Shown here: positions 1 to 10,437 of the stretch, one piece after another | Layout: every line of letters begins with the position of its first letter | Numbering within the stretch: the stretch's first letter is position 1 | From: a virus | Lineage: Duplodnaviria > Heunggongvirae > Uroviricota > Caudoviricetes | Direction: 5' to 3' (one strand) | IMG/VR virus record: IMGVR_UViG_2639762822_000001 | DNA: 64,000 bases | Program-made: the position numbers and the translations under genes | Notes under the pieces: generated by a model | What the model saw: the letters and a program-made list of their open reading frames with translations, nothing else | Told to the model about the DNA's origin: nothing | The model's database searches: none

Positions 1-32
1 AATAGATAAGTACCTACCTATCAATCCGGAGC

Positions 33-602
33 TTATAAAATTCCTGAAAGAACGTCTCGAACCTGTCGGAATTGGTCTGTCTGCATACCGGTGTAAATCG
101 ACGCCACGGCATCTGCAAGGTGCTCGTTTTTACCCACCAGCACTTCTTTGCCAGATTGTTTCCGTCGAAGCCACGGGGCATTTGGTTGCTTCTGCGTAGC
201 CCATTGTATGATTTCTTCTTTCGATGTAGTCAGCTTGTTTCCGACATAATGCTTGATCTCATTTGGTGTAACCTGAATGAGCGGCTTATCTACGCACGCG
301 AGCACGCCAATGCAGACACCATATGAGGTCTGAGCACGACTCGATTGACTGCCAACCGGCAACTCGCAAAAGACCATGTGTGCCTGCTCAATAATGGGCT
401 TGGCTGTACGCCATATTTCATTGGCGCGGCGAAGATCGTCGCTGTTCACACGGACTGTTTTTTTATTGCCACCGGCTTTGGTTTCTACCAGCGTTAGTCC
501 GGTAATATAAAGATTACCCGTCTCCAGATCCAGCGTACCAATCGCCAGGCCAAAGTTGCTCATTGAAGGGTCTACACCGACCACCCGAATAGTTTTACTC
601 AT
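33..602 (-). CDS. RuvC-like Holliday junction resolvase (phage-type)
   Basis: N-terminal VVGVDPSMSNFGLAIG resembles the RuvC/YqgF first catalytic Asp motif; C-terminal HLADAVASIY resembles the RuvC HAxDA motif; sits within the recombination gene block. Confidence 0.5.
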   Translation of the reverse strand: MSKTIRVVGVDPSMSNFGLAIGTLDLETGNLYITGLTLVETKAGGNKKTVRVNSDDLRRANEIWRTAKPIIEQAHMVFCELPVGSQSSRAQTSYGVCIGVLACVDKPLIQVTPNEIKHYVGNKLTTSKEEIIQWATQKQPNAPWLRRKQSGKEVLVGKNEHLADAVASIYTGMQTDQFRQVRDVLSGIL

Positions 603-612
603 TTTGGTCTCC

Positions 613-1386
613 TTACCACGAAGCCCAGATAGGGCACTCCATTAATTTCTGCTCAAGGGTCTTCTCCACCGCACGAGTCGCCGAAGATGCGTGTGACTTG
701 TCCACAACGTTAACGATGTCATTAGTGAAAGAACCTGTCGCAGTGTCTGCGCTGATCATGCTCTGCCCGATGAAGCAGCTCAGGATGTCGATCAACCGCC
801 GCGCTTTTCGTCTATCAGCATAAAACACATGCGGGAGAGCGACTTCGATCCTCGCTACACCGCCATCCTCACCTACAAAGCACAGTTTTGCTCGCTCATG
901 AGCAGGTCCCTCTGGATTGTACTCTATGTGGAAGTTGACAAACGCAACGCCCGGCATCGTAACGTGGCCGGCGCTCTCGTTAGCTTTGCGAATCAGATTG
1001 GTGAAAGCGATGCCGAGGTGCGACTCCATCGCGTCGAAAAGCGCACTTTCGTTGATGTTCAACTCACCAGTTTCAGGGATCGTTACAAAACCCGGCCCAG
1101 AATATGGAAGATAACCGCCTTCCGCGAATGGGTTGATCAGGATTGGCGCGGTGCTTCCTGACGGCAGAGCGTCCAGGTTTGGCATCGTCGGAGTCGCGGC
1201 CAAAAGGTTTGTCAGAACCGAAAACTGGTCAGTGAGAACATTGCCGTTGTACCAGGCAAGCCTCGGAGCTGCACCAACTGACGTATGACTATTGATCAGC
1301 CTGATGGACTGCATAACTGCAAACATCTGCAAAAACTGTGTGCGGCTCAAATTAAACGACATAGCTGCGGCCCTCTTTGACTTCAA
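613..1386 (-). CDS. hypothetical protein
   Basis: 257-aa ORF, no recognisable motif; overlaps the sbcC 3' end by about 35 nt. Confidence 0.4.
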   Translation of the reverse strand: MKSKRAAAMSFNLSRTQFLQMFAVMQSIRLINSHTSVGAAPRLAWYNGNVLTDQFSVLTNLLAATPTMPNLDALPSGSTAPILINPFAEGGYLPYSGPGFVTIPETGELNINESALFDAMESHLGIAFTNLIRKANESAGHVTMPGVAFVNFHIEYNPEGPAHERAKLCFVGEDGGVARIEVALPHVFYADRRKARRLIDILSCFIGQSMISADTATGSFTNDIVNVVDKSHASSATRAVEKTLEQKLMECPIWASW

Positions 1387-3268
1387 CAGTGATTGTTTCC
1401 CTGAACCACGACTTCATCTCCTTATGCGAAATGATCATCACTGTGCCGCGCTCGCGCGCTTTTGACTCAAGAATCCCCATGAGACGTTCAAGGCCGGCAG
1501 TGTCCAGCGCATCGTCAATCTCATCGCCGATAAACAGTTCAATGCTCTTGCTGGCGCGACTGGCGACCAAATCCTGCAAGGCAAGTGAGCACGCTATGCG
1601 CACCTTTCGCTTCTCTCCTCCTGATAATGTCTGGAAGGATTTGCTGGCGCCGGTTTTCGTCACGCTGATATTAAACTTATCGCGATATTCCCCTTTCTTG
1701 GTGGTCTCCATTGTTGACCATTCAGCAACAATATTCCCGTCAGAAAGCGTGTTGAGATACTCCGCAGTTCTGATATTCAGGAACGGTGTCACAGATGTCA
1801 AAATGTGGGAGCGCACTCCTGCTGGGGAATAAACTTGGCGTGCCTTCTCCAGTAGCAAAGCCTGCTCCTGTATATTCTTTAGCTCTGTTTTTAATACTGC
1901 GTAATTAGATTTATTGGCAGCCAGGCTCTCTTCGTGACGCTTAATGACTGCGGTAAAAGGGTTAACCTCCGCAATGATTCTGTTCACCTCAGAACGTGCT
2001 CTGGCGACCACAGCTTCTACAGCGGCAAGCTCGCGTTCACGGTGGTTCAATGCACTCAGTTCATTGGTCAGCCGCTCAATTTTGGCGATAATGGCTGACA
2101 TATCGGGAGCGGCTGCGACCATTGCGGATTCGATACCGAGCGCTTTTTCAAGATGCTCTTTGTATTTAACCACTGCCGCTGCTGATGCCTGCGCCTGGCT
2201 GATCTCGTTACGCGCTTGTTCAATGAAACTCTCCTTTACGGTGGATAAATCTTCTTCACAGTAGGGTTTGCCACACGTCGCGCAAGGGGCGCCAACTTTG
2301 GTACCTACCTCTTCTGCTTTTGCTTTGAATGCACGAGCGCGGCCTGTGGAATTGTTCTGGGCGGCTTCCGCGCTACGGATACTGGCGCGAATGTCCGTGA
2401 TCACAGTTCGCACTTTTAACAACTTTGAATCATGTTCTTCTTTGGAGGCCAGCTTCTCGCGCTCAGAAATAATTGCTCTTTCCGTATCACGAATTTGCTC
2501 AGGGAGTGTGCGGATCTCCATCTCCACTTCGGAAAGAGTTACTTCTGCGCCGGCCAAGTCTACGCGAGCCTTATCCAGACGATCGCCGCGCTCACGCTCC
2601 CAGCTTTCAGAAGACGCTTTAGCCGACTCAATTTCCGACTGTGCCGTTTCAATGAGTGTGATGCAGGCGTCCATTTTGGTCTTCGTAACATCCATTCGTG
2701 CGGCAGCTGCATTGGCTCGTTCACGGGCAATCGCGTAGGCACGAGTGAGTCTGTCAACGCCCGCAGCCTCCTCTACAATGGTTTTGAGGTTCTTATCTGA
2801 CATGCCGGGAAGATCTGGCATCGCCTCCTGACTGGCATAGATTGACGCCATAAAGACCTCTTTTGAGGCGCCAATCAGACGTTCAACGAACTCCTGCGTC
2901 AACGTATCCTTGCCTTTAGTCATATCGCCGTCTTCGCCACGGACGATTAGCCTGTTTTTGAACTCTTTATGTTTGCGATGGCGAATGATGGCGTAGCGCT
3001 TGCCCTCATCTTCAACAGTCACCATCACTCGACAATTTTTTTCATGGCCCGTCGACAGAACATCGTCCCCTTTAACGCCATGCGCAGTTTCGCCATAAAG
3101 ACACCACATCAAACTGTTCATCAGGGTGGATTTCCCCGCGCCATTACTGGCAGCAGACGTATCGCCACTGTTCACGCCCTGGATTAACACCAGCCCACGC
3201 TGATCTAACTCAACTTCGGCGCTGGCCAGCGCCATAAAGTTCTCAACCTGGAGCTTAAGAAATTTCAT
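1352..3268 (-). CDS. sbcC: SbcC/Rad50-family ATPase (T4 gp46-like recombination nuclease subunit)
   Basis: Walker A GAGKSTL near the N-terminus, long coiled-coil middle with a CxxC zinc-hook-like CATCGKPYC, ABC signature LSGGEKRK and Walker B LFIGDEIDDALD at the C-terminus. Confidence 0.85.
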   Translation of the reverse strand: MKFLKLQVENFMALASAEVELDQRGLVLIQGVNSGDTSAASNGAGKSTLMNSLMWCLYGETAHGVKGDDVLSTGHEKNCRVMVTVEDEGKRYAIIRHRKHKEFKNRLIVRGEDGDMTKGKDTLTQEFVERLIGASKEVFMASIYASQEAMPDLPGMSDKNLKTIVEEAAGVDRLTRAYAIARERANAAAARMDVTKTKMDACITLIETAQSEIESAKASSESWERERGDRLDKARVDLAGAEVTLSEVEMEIRTLPEQIRDTERAIISEREKLASKEEHDSKLLKVRTVITDIRASIRSAEAAQNNSTGRARAFKAKAEEVGTKVGAPCATCGKPYCEEDLSTVKESFIEQARNEISQAQASAAAVVKYKEHLEKALGIESAMVAAAPDMSAIIAKIERLTNELSALNHRERELAAVEAVVARARSEVNRIIAEVNPFTAVIKRHEESLAANKSNYAVLKTELKNIQEQALLLEKARQVYSPAGVRSHILTSVTPFLNIRTAEYLNTLSDGNIVAEWSTMETTKKGEYRDKFNISVTKTGASKSFQTLSGGEKRKVRIACSLALQDLVASRASKSIELFIGDEIDDALDTAGLERLMGILESKARERGTVMIISHKEMKSWFRETITVEVKEGRSYVV

Positions 3269-3456
3269 ACAACACCTCTGATCCCGTGAGTCAGTTTCTG
3301 ACCTTTTTTCAATCTAAACTCCGTGTGCGCCGGGAAGGACTTACGCTTTAGCAAGCCTTGTTCAGTAAGTCTCCCCAGATAAAACGCCATTGGATTTCCG
3401 TCTGGCGGATAGGGCTTGTGGAACATCACCGTCTGGCCTCGTTCAAGTCTTTTCAT
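3265..3456 (-). CDS. small hypothetical protein between sbcD and sbcC
   Basis: 63-aa ORF starting at an internal ATG of the 3265..3600 frame; weak ribosome-binding site. Confidence 0.2.
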   Translation of the reverse strand: MKRLERGQTVMFHKPYPPDGNPMAFYLGRLTEQGLLKRKSFPAHTEFRLKKGQKLTHGIRGVV

Positions 3457-3497
3457 CGTGATGGCAAAGTCCCGAAAGCTCCCAGCATGATTTCTGC

Positions 3498-4583
3498 TCA
3501 CACTGCCTCCGCGCTCTCCGCTTCGGTAAGAATTTCCTGACACAGCATGTCCAGTTTGCTTAAGTCGAAGCCGCCGTCCGTGTCGTGGACAATCTTGCAA
3601 TACGCCGCTACGGACTCACCCAGACTGTCAATTTTGCTGGTCTCCGATGTACTGGCAGAACCCTCCATCATTGACGCCTTGCGAATGAAGTTGCAGACAA
3701 TGCCTTTCGCGCCCATTGTTTTCAGGACGTTCTGGATTTTGATCCCTTCCTCATCGCTATCAACGACGGCGCGGAAACGCACGTAATTCCCGCGGATCTG
3801 CGTGTCTTCCACATCATCTTCAAGGTTCACGAATTTGGGTGCAGAGGTTTCATGGTGGCTGAAAGAACCGTCCGGATTGACGATCATGAAACCAGCCAGC
3901 GAGCCTACATCTCCCCAATTCTGGTGTGTCAGAGCGCCGATACTCACGACGCCAGGCAGCACCTCTTTGTGGTTGTGGTAATGCCCGGACAGCAGCAGGC
4001 GAAAGCCAATGTCTTTCAGTTCTTGTGCGTCTATGCCCACATCAGGCATGGTTGGAATGGCTTTGTTGATCGAGGTATGCACTACAACGTCATGCTTTCC
4101 GTCGTCCAGACCAGACCGCAGCGTCTTCAGGTCGCTAATCAGTTCCGCGTGGTTGTTTCGCCAGCTCACCATATGGACTGAAACATCGCCCATTTTGATG
4201 GTATGGGGGCGTTTGCCGCAGACGATCTCCACCCCAATCGAGCGCAAAGATGCCGCGGCGTTAGCGCTGTAAACGGAGTCGTTTGTTTCAAGGTCGTGAT
4301 TGCCCGCCAACATAGCTACTTCGAGGCCAAGCTCTTTGATAATCCATTCGTATGTTTCCGTGACGAAATGCAGAACAGAAGGCGATACGGCGCCACGAAC
4401 ATGAAACGTATCGCCAGCCACCAACATGTACTTGCAACCGGCCGCTTTCATGGCTTTCGCAGCTTCTTTGGTGGCGTCGAGTTGAATCACCAGTCTGGAG
4501 TTCAAGCCGTCAGCGTTTGTTGTCGCAAAAGCATCCCAACGATGATAATGGGGATCTGAAATCACCCCGTATGGAACAGTCAT
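3498..4583 (-). CDS. sbcD: SbcD/Mre11-family nuclease (T4 gp47-like)
   Basis: Calcineurin-like phosphoesterase motifs DPHYH, GDTFH, GNHD; directly upstream of sbcC; start preceded by AAAGGAAAGACACATG. Confidence 0.85.
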   Translation of the reverse strand: MTVPYGVISDPHYHRWDAFATTNADGLNSRLVIQLDATKEAAKAMKAAGCKYMLVAGDTFHVRGAVSPSVLHFVTETYEWIIKELGLEVAMLAGNHDLETNDSVYSANAAASLRSIGVEIVCGKRPHTIKMGDVSVHMVSWRNNHAELISDLKTLRSGLDDGKHDVVVHTSINKAIPTMPDVGIDAQELKDIGFRLLLSGHYHNHKEVLPGVVSIGALTHQNWGDVGSLAGFMIVNPDGSFSHHETSAPKFVNLEDDVEDTQIRGNYVRFRAVVDSDEEGIKIQNVLKTMGAKGIVCNFIRKASMMEGSASTSETSKIDSLGESVAAYCKIVHDTDGGFDLSKLDMLCQEILTEAESAEAV

Positions 4584-4807
4584 GTGTCTTTCCTTTGTGG
4601 TTATTTTGATACAGATGTTAAGCGTGTTTTAGAGGTGAACAACCCAGACAACACGGTACATAAGAAAATTTACAGGCACATGATTATGACAAATACATAA
4701 GTAAGTAAATACCTATTTTAGGGCGGCAAAGATTTCTAAATGTTACAAGCCACTCTATAATCGCACTCACTCAATGATGACAACCAAACGAAAAAGGAGA
4801 ACGGACG

Positions 4808-5311
4808 GTGAAAGGCGTAATTATAGGGACGATGGCCATTGCTCTGATCGGATGCGTGCCAAAACCGCCTCAAGATGAAAAGTCAGCTGGCGGATACGTC
4901 GATATTTATTCCACTTCAAGCGTAGCAATTGCCCAGGACAGAGCCGACAAATTGTGTGGAAGCCATGCCTATTATGTCTCCAACGACAATGATTTAACCA
5001 AAGTCATGGGTAGACACGCGCCTTCATTCCCAAAAATCCGTTTCAACTGTGATCTTGAAATGGCCGCTTATCTCGGCAGCAAAGAGGCAAAGGAGATCAA
5101 AATGAAGCGCATAGAGGAAGCCTACAAGGAGATGTACAAGGCCCAATATGAGCTGAAAGAAGTGCGCCGTAAGAACGCTGATCCGAAGAAGCTGGAGTCC
5201 TACACAGAACGCGATCCGGACGGCACTATTCGCAGCTACAGCTTCTTGAACGGCAAGTCGTGCGAATCCATCGTATACCCAGACGGCACTGGCAAAACAA
5301 CTTGCGATTAA
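4808..5311 (+). CDS. putative lipoprotein
   Basis: GTG start with AAGGAGA ribosome-binding site; signal peptide with lipobox LIGC; one of the few plus-strand genes. Confidence 0.5.
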   Translation: MKGVIIGTMAIALIGCVPKPPQDEKSAGGYVDIYSTSSVAIAQDRADKLCGSHAYYVSNDNDLTKVMGRHAPSFPKIRFNCDLEMAAYLGSKEAKEIKMKRIEEAYKEMYKAQYELKEVRRKNADPKKLESYTERDPDGTIRSYSFLNGKSCESIVYPDGTGKTTCD

Positions 5312-5320
5312 TTCTTCCGG

Positions 5321-5345
5321 AGCACCCTATATGGGGTGCTTTTTA
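5321..5345. terminator. bidirectional rho-independent terminator between convergent genes
   Basis: AGCACCC-TATAT-GGGTGCT hairpin followed by TTTTA. Confidence 0.6.
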
Positions 5346-5837
5346 CTTCGGATCGCGAAACAGCATCTGCGTGCCTTTTGGTGATGTGTCGAAAAGGTGA
5401 AAACCTCTGCGCTTTAGCATATCGGCCATTTGAGAGGATTTGATATAGCATTTCGCCATCATTGGCTGGCTCGGGTTTGAATCAATCATGTCGGAAACCA
5501 GCATTGACCCATAGCCTTTCCCGCGAAGCTCTTTGACGATACTGACGGCACGGAGTTCAACCCGTGGCGCACCAGTTGGATCGAGGGCGGCACAGAACCA
5601 GATTAGCCCTGCTTTTTTATCATCAGAGCGGCGAAGCAGGATGAAAATATAATGCCCAGAGTATTGGCCCTGCTCGTTCGTCTTAATTGCCAGCCTGATC
5701 TGCTTCTCAAAGGTCTTACCCTCCTTTGATGTGAGGATCTCTTCGTAGAAGTGACCTTTGCGTGCGCCGTCTTCAAACTCACCCATGATAAATGGCATGT
5801 CTGCCACAGTTGCTGCCCTTGAATAAAATTCACTCAT
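5343..5837 (-). CDS. GNAT-family N-acetyltransferase
   Basis: RGKGYGSML acetyl-CoA binding motif A (R/Q-x-x-G-x-G/A) and typical GNAT length. Confidence 0.55.
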   Translation of the reverse strand: MSEFYSRAATVADMPFIMGEFEDGARKGHFYEEILTSKEGKTFEKQIRLAIKTNEQGQYSGHYIFILLRRSDDKKAGLIWFCAALDPTGAPRVELRAVSIVKELRGKGYGSMLVSDMIDSNPSQPMMAKCYIKSSQMADMLKRRGFHLFDTSPKGTQMLFRDPK

Positions 5838-5912
5838 GTATTAACCCCTAAAGCTCTCAGCGTCTTTCTAAGACACCATATTTTATGCCCCGGTAAAACC
5901 ATGAGTTTACGT

Positions 5913-6620
5913 TTAAAACGTCTCAGGGGGCTTCTGACGCGCTACGCTGATGTCGATAACCCCAGCTTTTGGTCGAGGGTCGAAGAGATTTAGCTCTTCA
6001 GCGCTGTGATACTCCGTATCGAACTCCCGATCGACATGGCGGATATAGATGGCTGTGAGCAGGCTGTCATCATTCAGGAAGTGTCCGTAGGATTTGCGGA
6101 TCACTTCACCCACCTTCTCGATTTTTTCCCCGCCTATGCAGAGATGGTTAAATCGACTATGTTTCCGCAACATCTCATCCACCGGGCCGGAGTATACCTT
6201 ATCGACTCTTCCGAACCGGATGATACTTCCCTTTTCAGCCTCGACCAGACAAACGAGCTTGCCAGGCTCGACTCTGTCTTTCCACGTTACACCAGAGCGT
6301 AGCGTGTTGAAGTAGGGTGCATCTAATCCGATGATCGGTTTACGAAATGCCAGCAGTGGAACATACCTGATGCAGCTGTTCAGGTGAAAGTGAGCACCGG
6401 CATCATGTAATTTTAAGCGAGCCTCATTGATAGGGCATTTCGATGCTATGCCGCAAAGGTCACAGAGTAGCTTCAGCTTGTTCAGGCTACTGTTGGACTC
6501 AATAGTGTATGAACCGTCTTCAAGACGGCGAACCCATCGCGTGCGTTTAAGATCCATTTTTGCTTTCTGATAGTGATTGTCGGTGCCACGATAACTTACA
6601 AGGCGCACCGATGTTTGCAA
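5913..6620 (-). CDS. hypothetical protein (N-terminal Cys/His cluster, possible PUA/ASCH-like C-terminus)
   Basis: 235-aa ORF; CDLCGIASKCP...HDAGAHFHLNSC metal-binding-like cluster; no confident family. Confidence 0.45.
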   Translation of the reverse strand: MQTSVRLVSYRGTDNHYQKAKMDLKRTRWVRRLEDGSYTIESNSSLNKLKLLCDLCGIASKCPINEARLKLHDAGAHFHLNSCIRYVPLLAFRKPIIGLDAPYFNTLRSGVTWKDRVEPGKLVCLVEAEKGSIIRFGRVDKVYSGPVDEMLRKHSRFNHLCIGGEKIEKVGEVIRKSYGHFLNDDSLLTAIYIRHVDREFDTEYHSAEELNLFDPRPKAGVIDISVARQKPPETF

Positions 6621-7299
6621 ACGCCTGTTTTACTTATTCCCATTATTCACAGGACCGATCCAATAATAAGATCCCCAGAGAGATCATACAGAAGATCAAA
6701 AGAGATCCCCGATCGTCTCCAGCCCTTGGGGTTACTGGTCTGAGAAGGGTTTACTATCCACTATGGGGAGGAAAGTAACCTCTGTAGAGAGCGTAATAAC
6801 CGCTGTGGGTAGCAAAACAACCTCGCTGGAGAGCGGCTACTATCCACTGTAGAGAGTAGAACAGTATGTCTTCCCTGAATAACTACATGCCTGTAATTTT
6901 TGCTCATATAGCTGATTTACAAAGATAAATGCCAAATCCTGCCAGCAAAAATTCTGTTTCAGACACAATTTCTCCCCAGAGAGGGCGGCCAACCTCGCTC
7001 TGCAATTGCCTGATTTTTATAAACAGGCCCGATCCAGTAATTCAGATCCTAAAGAGAACCTAAGAGACCCACAAAGACCCAAAAAGATCCCCGCACCCCG
7101 CAAACCCTTATCGTGTCTGGCTTTAAGGATGATCGTTATCCACTATAGAGAGCAAATCAACCACTGTAACGAGTAAGACAACCACTATGGAGAGCAGAAA
7201 AACCACTATAGACAGTGTATTAACCGCTATGTTGAGTGATACTATCCACTATAACCAGTAAAAGACGCTGCCTGCGGCTACGCATTAGAGACTATCTGG
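6621..7299. promoter_or_regulatory. plasmid-type replication origin: GATC clusters, AT-rich spacer and 11 iterons (about 22-bp phase, consensus A/TACCACTRTAGAGAGC) upstream of repA
   Basis: Iterons at about 6755, 6777, 6797, 6817, 6839 and 7137, 7158, 7180, 7202, 7224, 7245; 6 GATC in 6650-6720 and 4 in 7030-7100; iteron core TATCCAC resembles a DnaA box. Confidence 0.65.
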
Positions 7300-8355
7300 A
7301 TGAGCGAAAACGACAATAAAAACATTGCGATAAGCGAAGCATTTTCCGAAACAGACAAAAAAACCGGCGAACTTGTTACGTTAGTTCCTAACACCAACAA
7401 CACAGTCCAGCCCGTTGCTCTCATGCGTCTAGGACTCTTTGTACCCACGCTTAAATCCACAGCAAGGGGTAGAAAGGGACAAATGGTCTCAATGGATGCC
7501 ACAGCTGAACTCAAACAACTTTCTCTGGCCAAAGCCGAAGGGTATGAGGACATACGGATCTCCGGGATGCGCCTGGATATGGACAATGACTTCAAAACCT
7601 GGGTCGGCATCATTCATGCCTTTGCCAAACACAAGGTAGTTGGCGACACTGTCACGTTATCGTTTGTCGAGTTCGTCAGGCTTTGCGGCATCCCGACTGC
7701 AAGGTCATCAGCGAGGCTGCGTAAGCGTCTTGAAGACTCTCTCAACCGTATTGCCACAAACACCATCAAGTTCCGAAGCAAAGGCTCTGAAGAGGTTTAC
7801 GTAACGCACCTGGTGCAAACAGCGAAGTACAGCACCAAGAAAGACACAGTCGAGCTGAAGGCTGATCCTAAAATTTTCGAACTCTACCAGTTCGACAAAA
7901 AGGTCCTTCTTCAACTACGAGCGATCAACGAGCTTTCCAGAAAAGAATCCGCGCAGGCGCTCTACACTTTCATCGAAAGTTTGCCTCCTGACCCGGCGCC
8001 TATCTCAATGGCCCGCTTACGCGCCAGGCTCAATCTAACCAGTCGCACCATTACCCAGAACGCGACAGTCAGGAAGGCGATGGAGCAGCTGCGGGAGATT
8101 GGCTATCTCGACTACACAGAAGTGAAACGCGGTAGTTCTGTTTATTTCATTATCCACTATAGACGGCCAAAGTTGCGTCCGGCTCAGATACCGGTCAAAG
8201 CCGGGCCAGACGAGCCTGAAGATAATTTCCCTGATGAAACTCAGGAGGACATCATCGATGTTGTCCCGGAAGAAAAAGAATGCAAGATGGTCATGTTGAG
8301 CAAAGAAGAACTGGCGATTCTCGAAGAACTGCGTAAGGCAAAAGCGCGTAAATGA
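7300..8355 (+). CDS. repA: iteron-binding replication initiator RepA
   Basis: 351-aa plus-strand ORF flanked on both sides by arrays of the same iteron; P1/F-like repA-iteron architecture; the last iteron overlaps the promoter region. Confidence 0.7.
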   Translation: MSENDNKNIAISEAFSETDKKTGELVTLVPNTNNTVQPVALMRLGLFVPTLKSTARGRKGQMVSMDATAELKQLSLAKAEGYEDIRISGMRLDMDNDFKTWVGIIHAFAKHKVVGDTVTLSFVEFVRLCGIPTARSSARLRKRLEDSLNRIATNTIKFRSKGSEEVYVTHLVQTAKYSTKKDTVELKADPKIFELYQFDKKVLLQLRAINELSRKESAQALYTFIESLPPDPAPISMARLRARLNLTSRTITQNATVRKAMEQLREIGYLDYTEVKRGSSVYFIIHYRRPKLRPAQIPVKAGPDEPEDNFPDETQEDIIDVVPEEKECKMVMLSKEELAILEELRKAKARK

Positions 8356-8935
8356 CCTAACCGCTGTAGAGAGTAAAAGGCTCGCTAACCACTGTAGCGA
8401 GCCTTTTTTTATTCATAATCTGCCATCCGCTGTAGTGAGCAGCAGACCACACATCCTATCCACTGCAGGCAGTAAAGGGACTCAGGGCTGTTTATGTTAG
8501 TATTCGCAAACATAGACGTGTCACGGGCTGCGGAGTTAGTGGTCACTGGGTAGCGGGGTAGTCGCACTATCCACAGTGGATATCTTGGCCCCTCATCCTT
8601 TAACTAACCACTATAGAGAGCATACGCGGGTGATCGATATTACCAACCACTATGGGGAGTAGATATCCGCTGAAAACAGTAAAGGGTTACTCCCCATAGT
8701 GGATACCTGCTGGCGGGCGCAGTTTTCCACTCTCTATAGTGGTTGTTCATCGAGAATGAACGTCTGTTTACTCACTACAGTGGATAGATTTCCCGGCTAA
8801 CACGGCTTTACTCACTACAGTGGTTGGATCGCCAATCGTGATGGCACTCTACTCTCTACAGTGGATATGAGTGGGGTACCACGCGGTGAGCTAATTACTC
8901 ACCGCAGTGGTTAGTGCTATCAGTGGATGTTCTTA
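8356..8935. repeat. downstream iteron array in both orientations (incA-like copy-control locus)
   Basis: About 14 copies of CCACTRTAGAGAG and its reverse complement CTCTCTAYAGTGG; includes the palindromic TATCCACAGTGGATA at about 8566. Confidence 0.65.
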
Positions 8936-9132
8936 AGTAAACCCCAGAGCGTTCCGGCCTTTTTGGTGAGCTTTCCTGTTTCCGGATCGTACATGCGCCA
9001 CTCCCGCCTCTGATGGACAATGTACCCATCTTCACGCTCAAGTCGTTCCAGCGCACCGGTTTGTTTAAAGCCCTTTGCCCGCCAGTAGCCACTTGCTTTT
9101 TCGATTTCCAGACCTGCCAGCGTAACTGCCAT
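8920..9132 (-). CDS. hypothetical small protein
   Basis: 70-aa ORF, last gene of a small three-gene minus-strand cassette. Confidence 0.35.
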   Translation of the reverse strand: MAVTLAGLEIEKASGYWRAKGFKQTGALERLEREDGYIVHQRREWRMYDPETGKLTKKAGTLWGLLKNIH

Positions 9133-9467
9133 TAACCAACCTCCTTGCAGTCATCGAAAAGATAGCTCGCGTCTTTTACGTGAACGCCATAAAAATCACC
9201 GGACTTGTTATAAATAAATTTATCCTCGCCGGTACCAGAATATTTCCCATCACGTTTGATCAGGGTTGGGGAAGACAAGACACGATCATCACGAACGACA
9301 TAAAACTGATCCCCACTGTCGACGACCATTGCCCCGTATGACGCCCTCATAACGTTTGAGATGCTGCCATTTTTTGTTTCTGCTACAGACATTGCACATT
9401 CATAGACGCGTGTCTCAGCGCAAACAGGCTGTATCAGCAATAATATTGCCAGGCCAATCTTCTTCAC
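9132..9467 (-). CDS. secreted/periplasmic hypothetical protein
   Basis: GTG start; N-terminal signal peptide MKKIGLAILLLIQPVCA. Confidence 0.45.
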   Translation of the reverse strand: MKKIGLAILLLIQPVCAETRVYECAMSVAETKNGSISNVMRASYGAMVVDSGDQFYVVRDDRVLSSPTLIKRDGKYSGTGEDKFIYNKSGDFYGVHVKDASYLFDDCKEVG

Positions 9468-9643
9468 GCTGCCACTCCTTGAAAAACGTCAAATGCCGAA
9501 TTGAACACGAGTACTATGGCGAGCGCGTTGACCATTGTGCCGTTTACGGGCGCCAGCGCTTTTCGGATCGCCCCTGTAAAGAGACAGTCGAGAACAAACG
9601 CTATCGAGATAATAAGTAATAAGGTGTCTAATATGTTAATCAT
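9464..9643 (-). CDS. small hydrophobic membrane protein (59 aa)
   Basis: ATG at 9643; two predicted TM helices; stop overlaps the GTG start of the next gene as GTGA; below the 60-aa cutoff of the ORF track. Confidence 0.35.
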   Translation of the reverse strand: MINILDTLLLIISIAFVLDCLFTGAIRKALAPVNGTMVNALAIVLVFNSAFDVFQGVAA

Positions 9644-9683
9644 GATAGGTAGATACTAACTTATATATTTTAGGCTGTAAATA

Positions 9684-9959
9684 TCACTCGTAAGTGCTTA
9701 TCCCCAAGATACGCTGAAGATGCTCGGCGTCCTCTTCGCTGATCGGGCGCGTTTCATCTACATACCAGCAACACCCGTTGTGCCAGCAAACACCATCTTC
9801 ATCAACAAATACCGAGTCTGCGTCATGGCCTGTGTATTCAACCAGAATGCGCTGTATTGCCGTCTGAACCTCTTCCTCGTTCAGCCCGTCGCAACGCACC
9901 ATAAACAGGGGGTATACGTCATAATCATTTCTGGCTGAGATGCGAACCAAAATTTTCAT
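9684..9959 (-). CDS. hypothetical protein
   Basis: 91-aa ORF flanked by palindromic promoter-like motifs. Confidence 0.4.
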   Translation of the reverse strand: MKILVRISARNDYDVYPLFMVRCDGLNEEEVQTAIQRILVEYTGHDADSVFVDEDGVCWHNGCCWYVDETRPISEEDAEHLQRILGISTYE

Positions 9960-10026
9960 GTGTTTTTCCTTATTGGTAAGTACTTATTCATTTTATTGTG
10001 TGCCAGAAGGCACACAATAAGCGTGT

Positions 10027-10437
10027 TTAGGCTGGTGGAAAGAACTTTGTCAGAGTGCGATCGATAGCTTTATCAAGGTGCATGAGGTGCCAGACAACCA
10101 TATCTTTGCTACCCAGACCGCGGTTGTAGATTACGTCGAATTTTCGCCAGGCAGCATGAAACCAGTGAGGGGTGTCATCGACCGGCAGATTCTTTCCTGC
10201 CTCCTTGAAGTACTTGAGCAGCATGGCCTGTTCAGCGGTTGGCGTCGGGCCAATCTCTTCCGCATACATTCTGATGAAACGCTGCCAGTCGGCTTCGTCA
10301 TCTGCAGGCTCCGGCGCGTTCATTTCGGCAATTGCCTCACGCAGCTGCGTCGCCCATTCTGGTTCCGGGAAGCCTTGAGCAATTTCGGCATCAACGACAT
10401 CAAGTGCGGCATTGGCCGCTTCATATAGTTTCTTCAC
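10027..10437 (-). CDS. hypothetical protein
   Basis: 136-aa ORF, start overlaps the end of the upstream gene. Confidence 0.45.
   Translation of the reverse strand: MKKLYEAANAALDVVDAEIAQGFPEPEWATQLREAIAEMNAPEPADDEADWQRFIRMYAEEIGPTPTAEQAMLLKYFKEAGKNLPVDDTPHWFHAAWRKFDVIYNRGLGSKDMVVWHLMHLDKAIDRTLTKFFPPA

Noticed and set aside
7278-7613. 111-aa minus-strand ORF overlapping the repA 5' region
   Set aside because: Antisense to repA and starts inside the iteron array
9356-9619. 87-aa plus-strand ORF
   Set aside because: Antisense to the better-supported minus-strand secreted-protein and membrane-peptide genes
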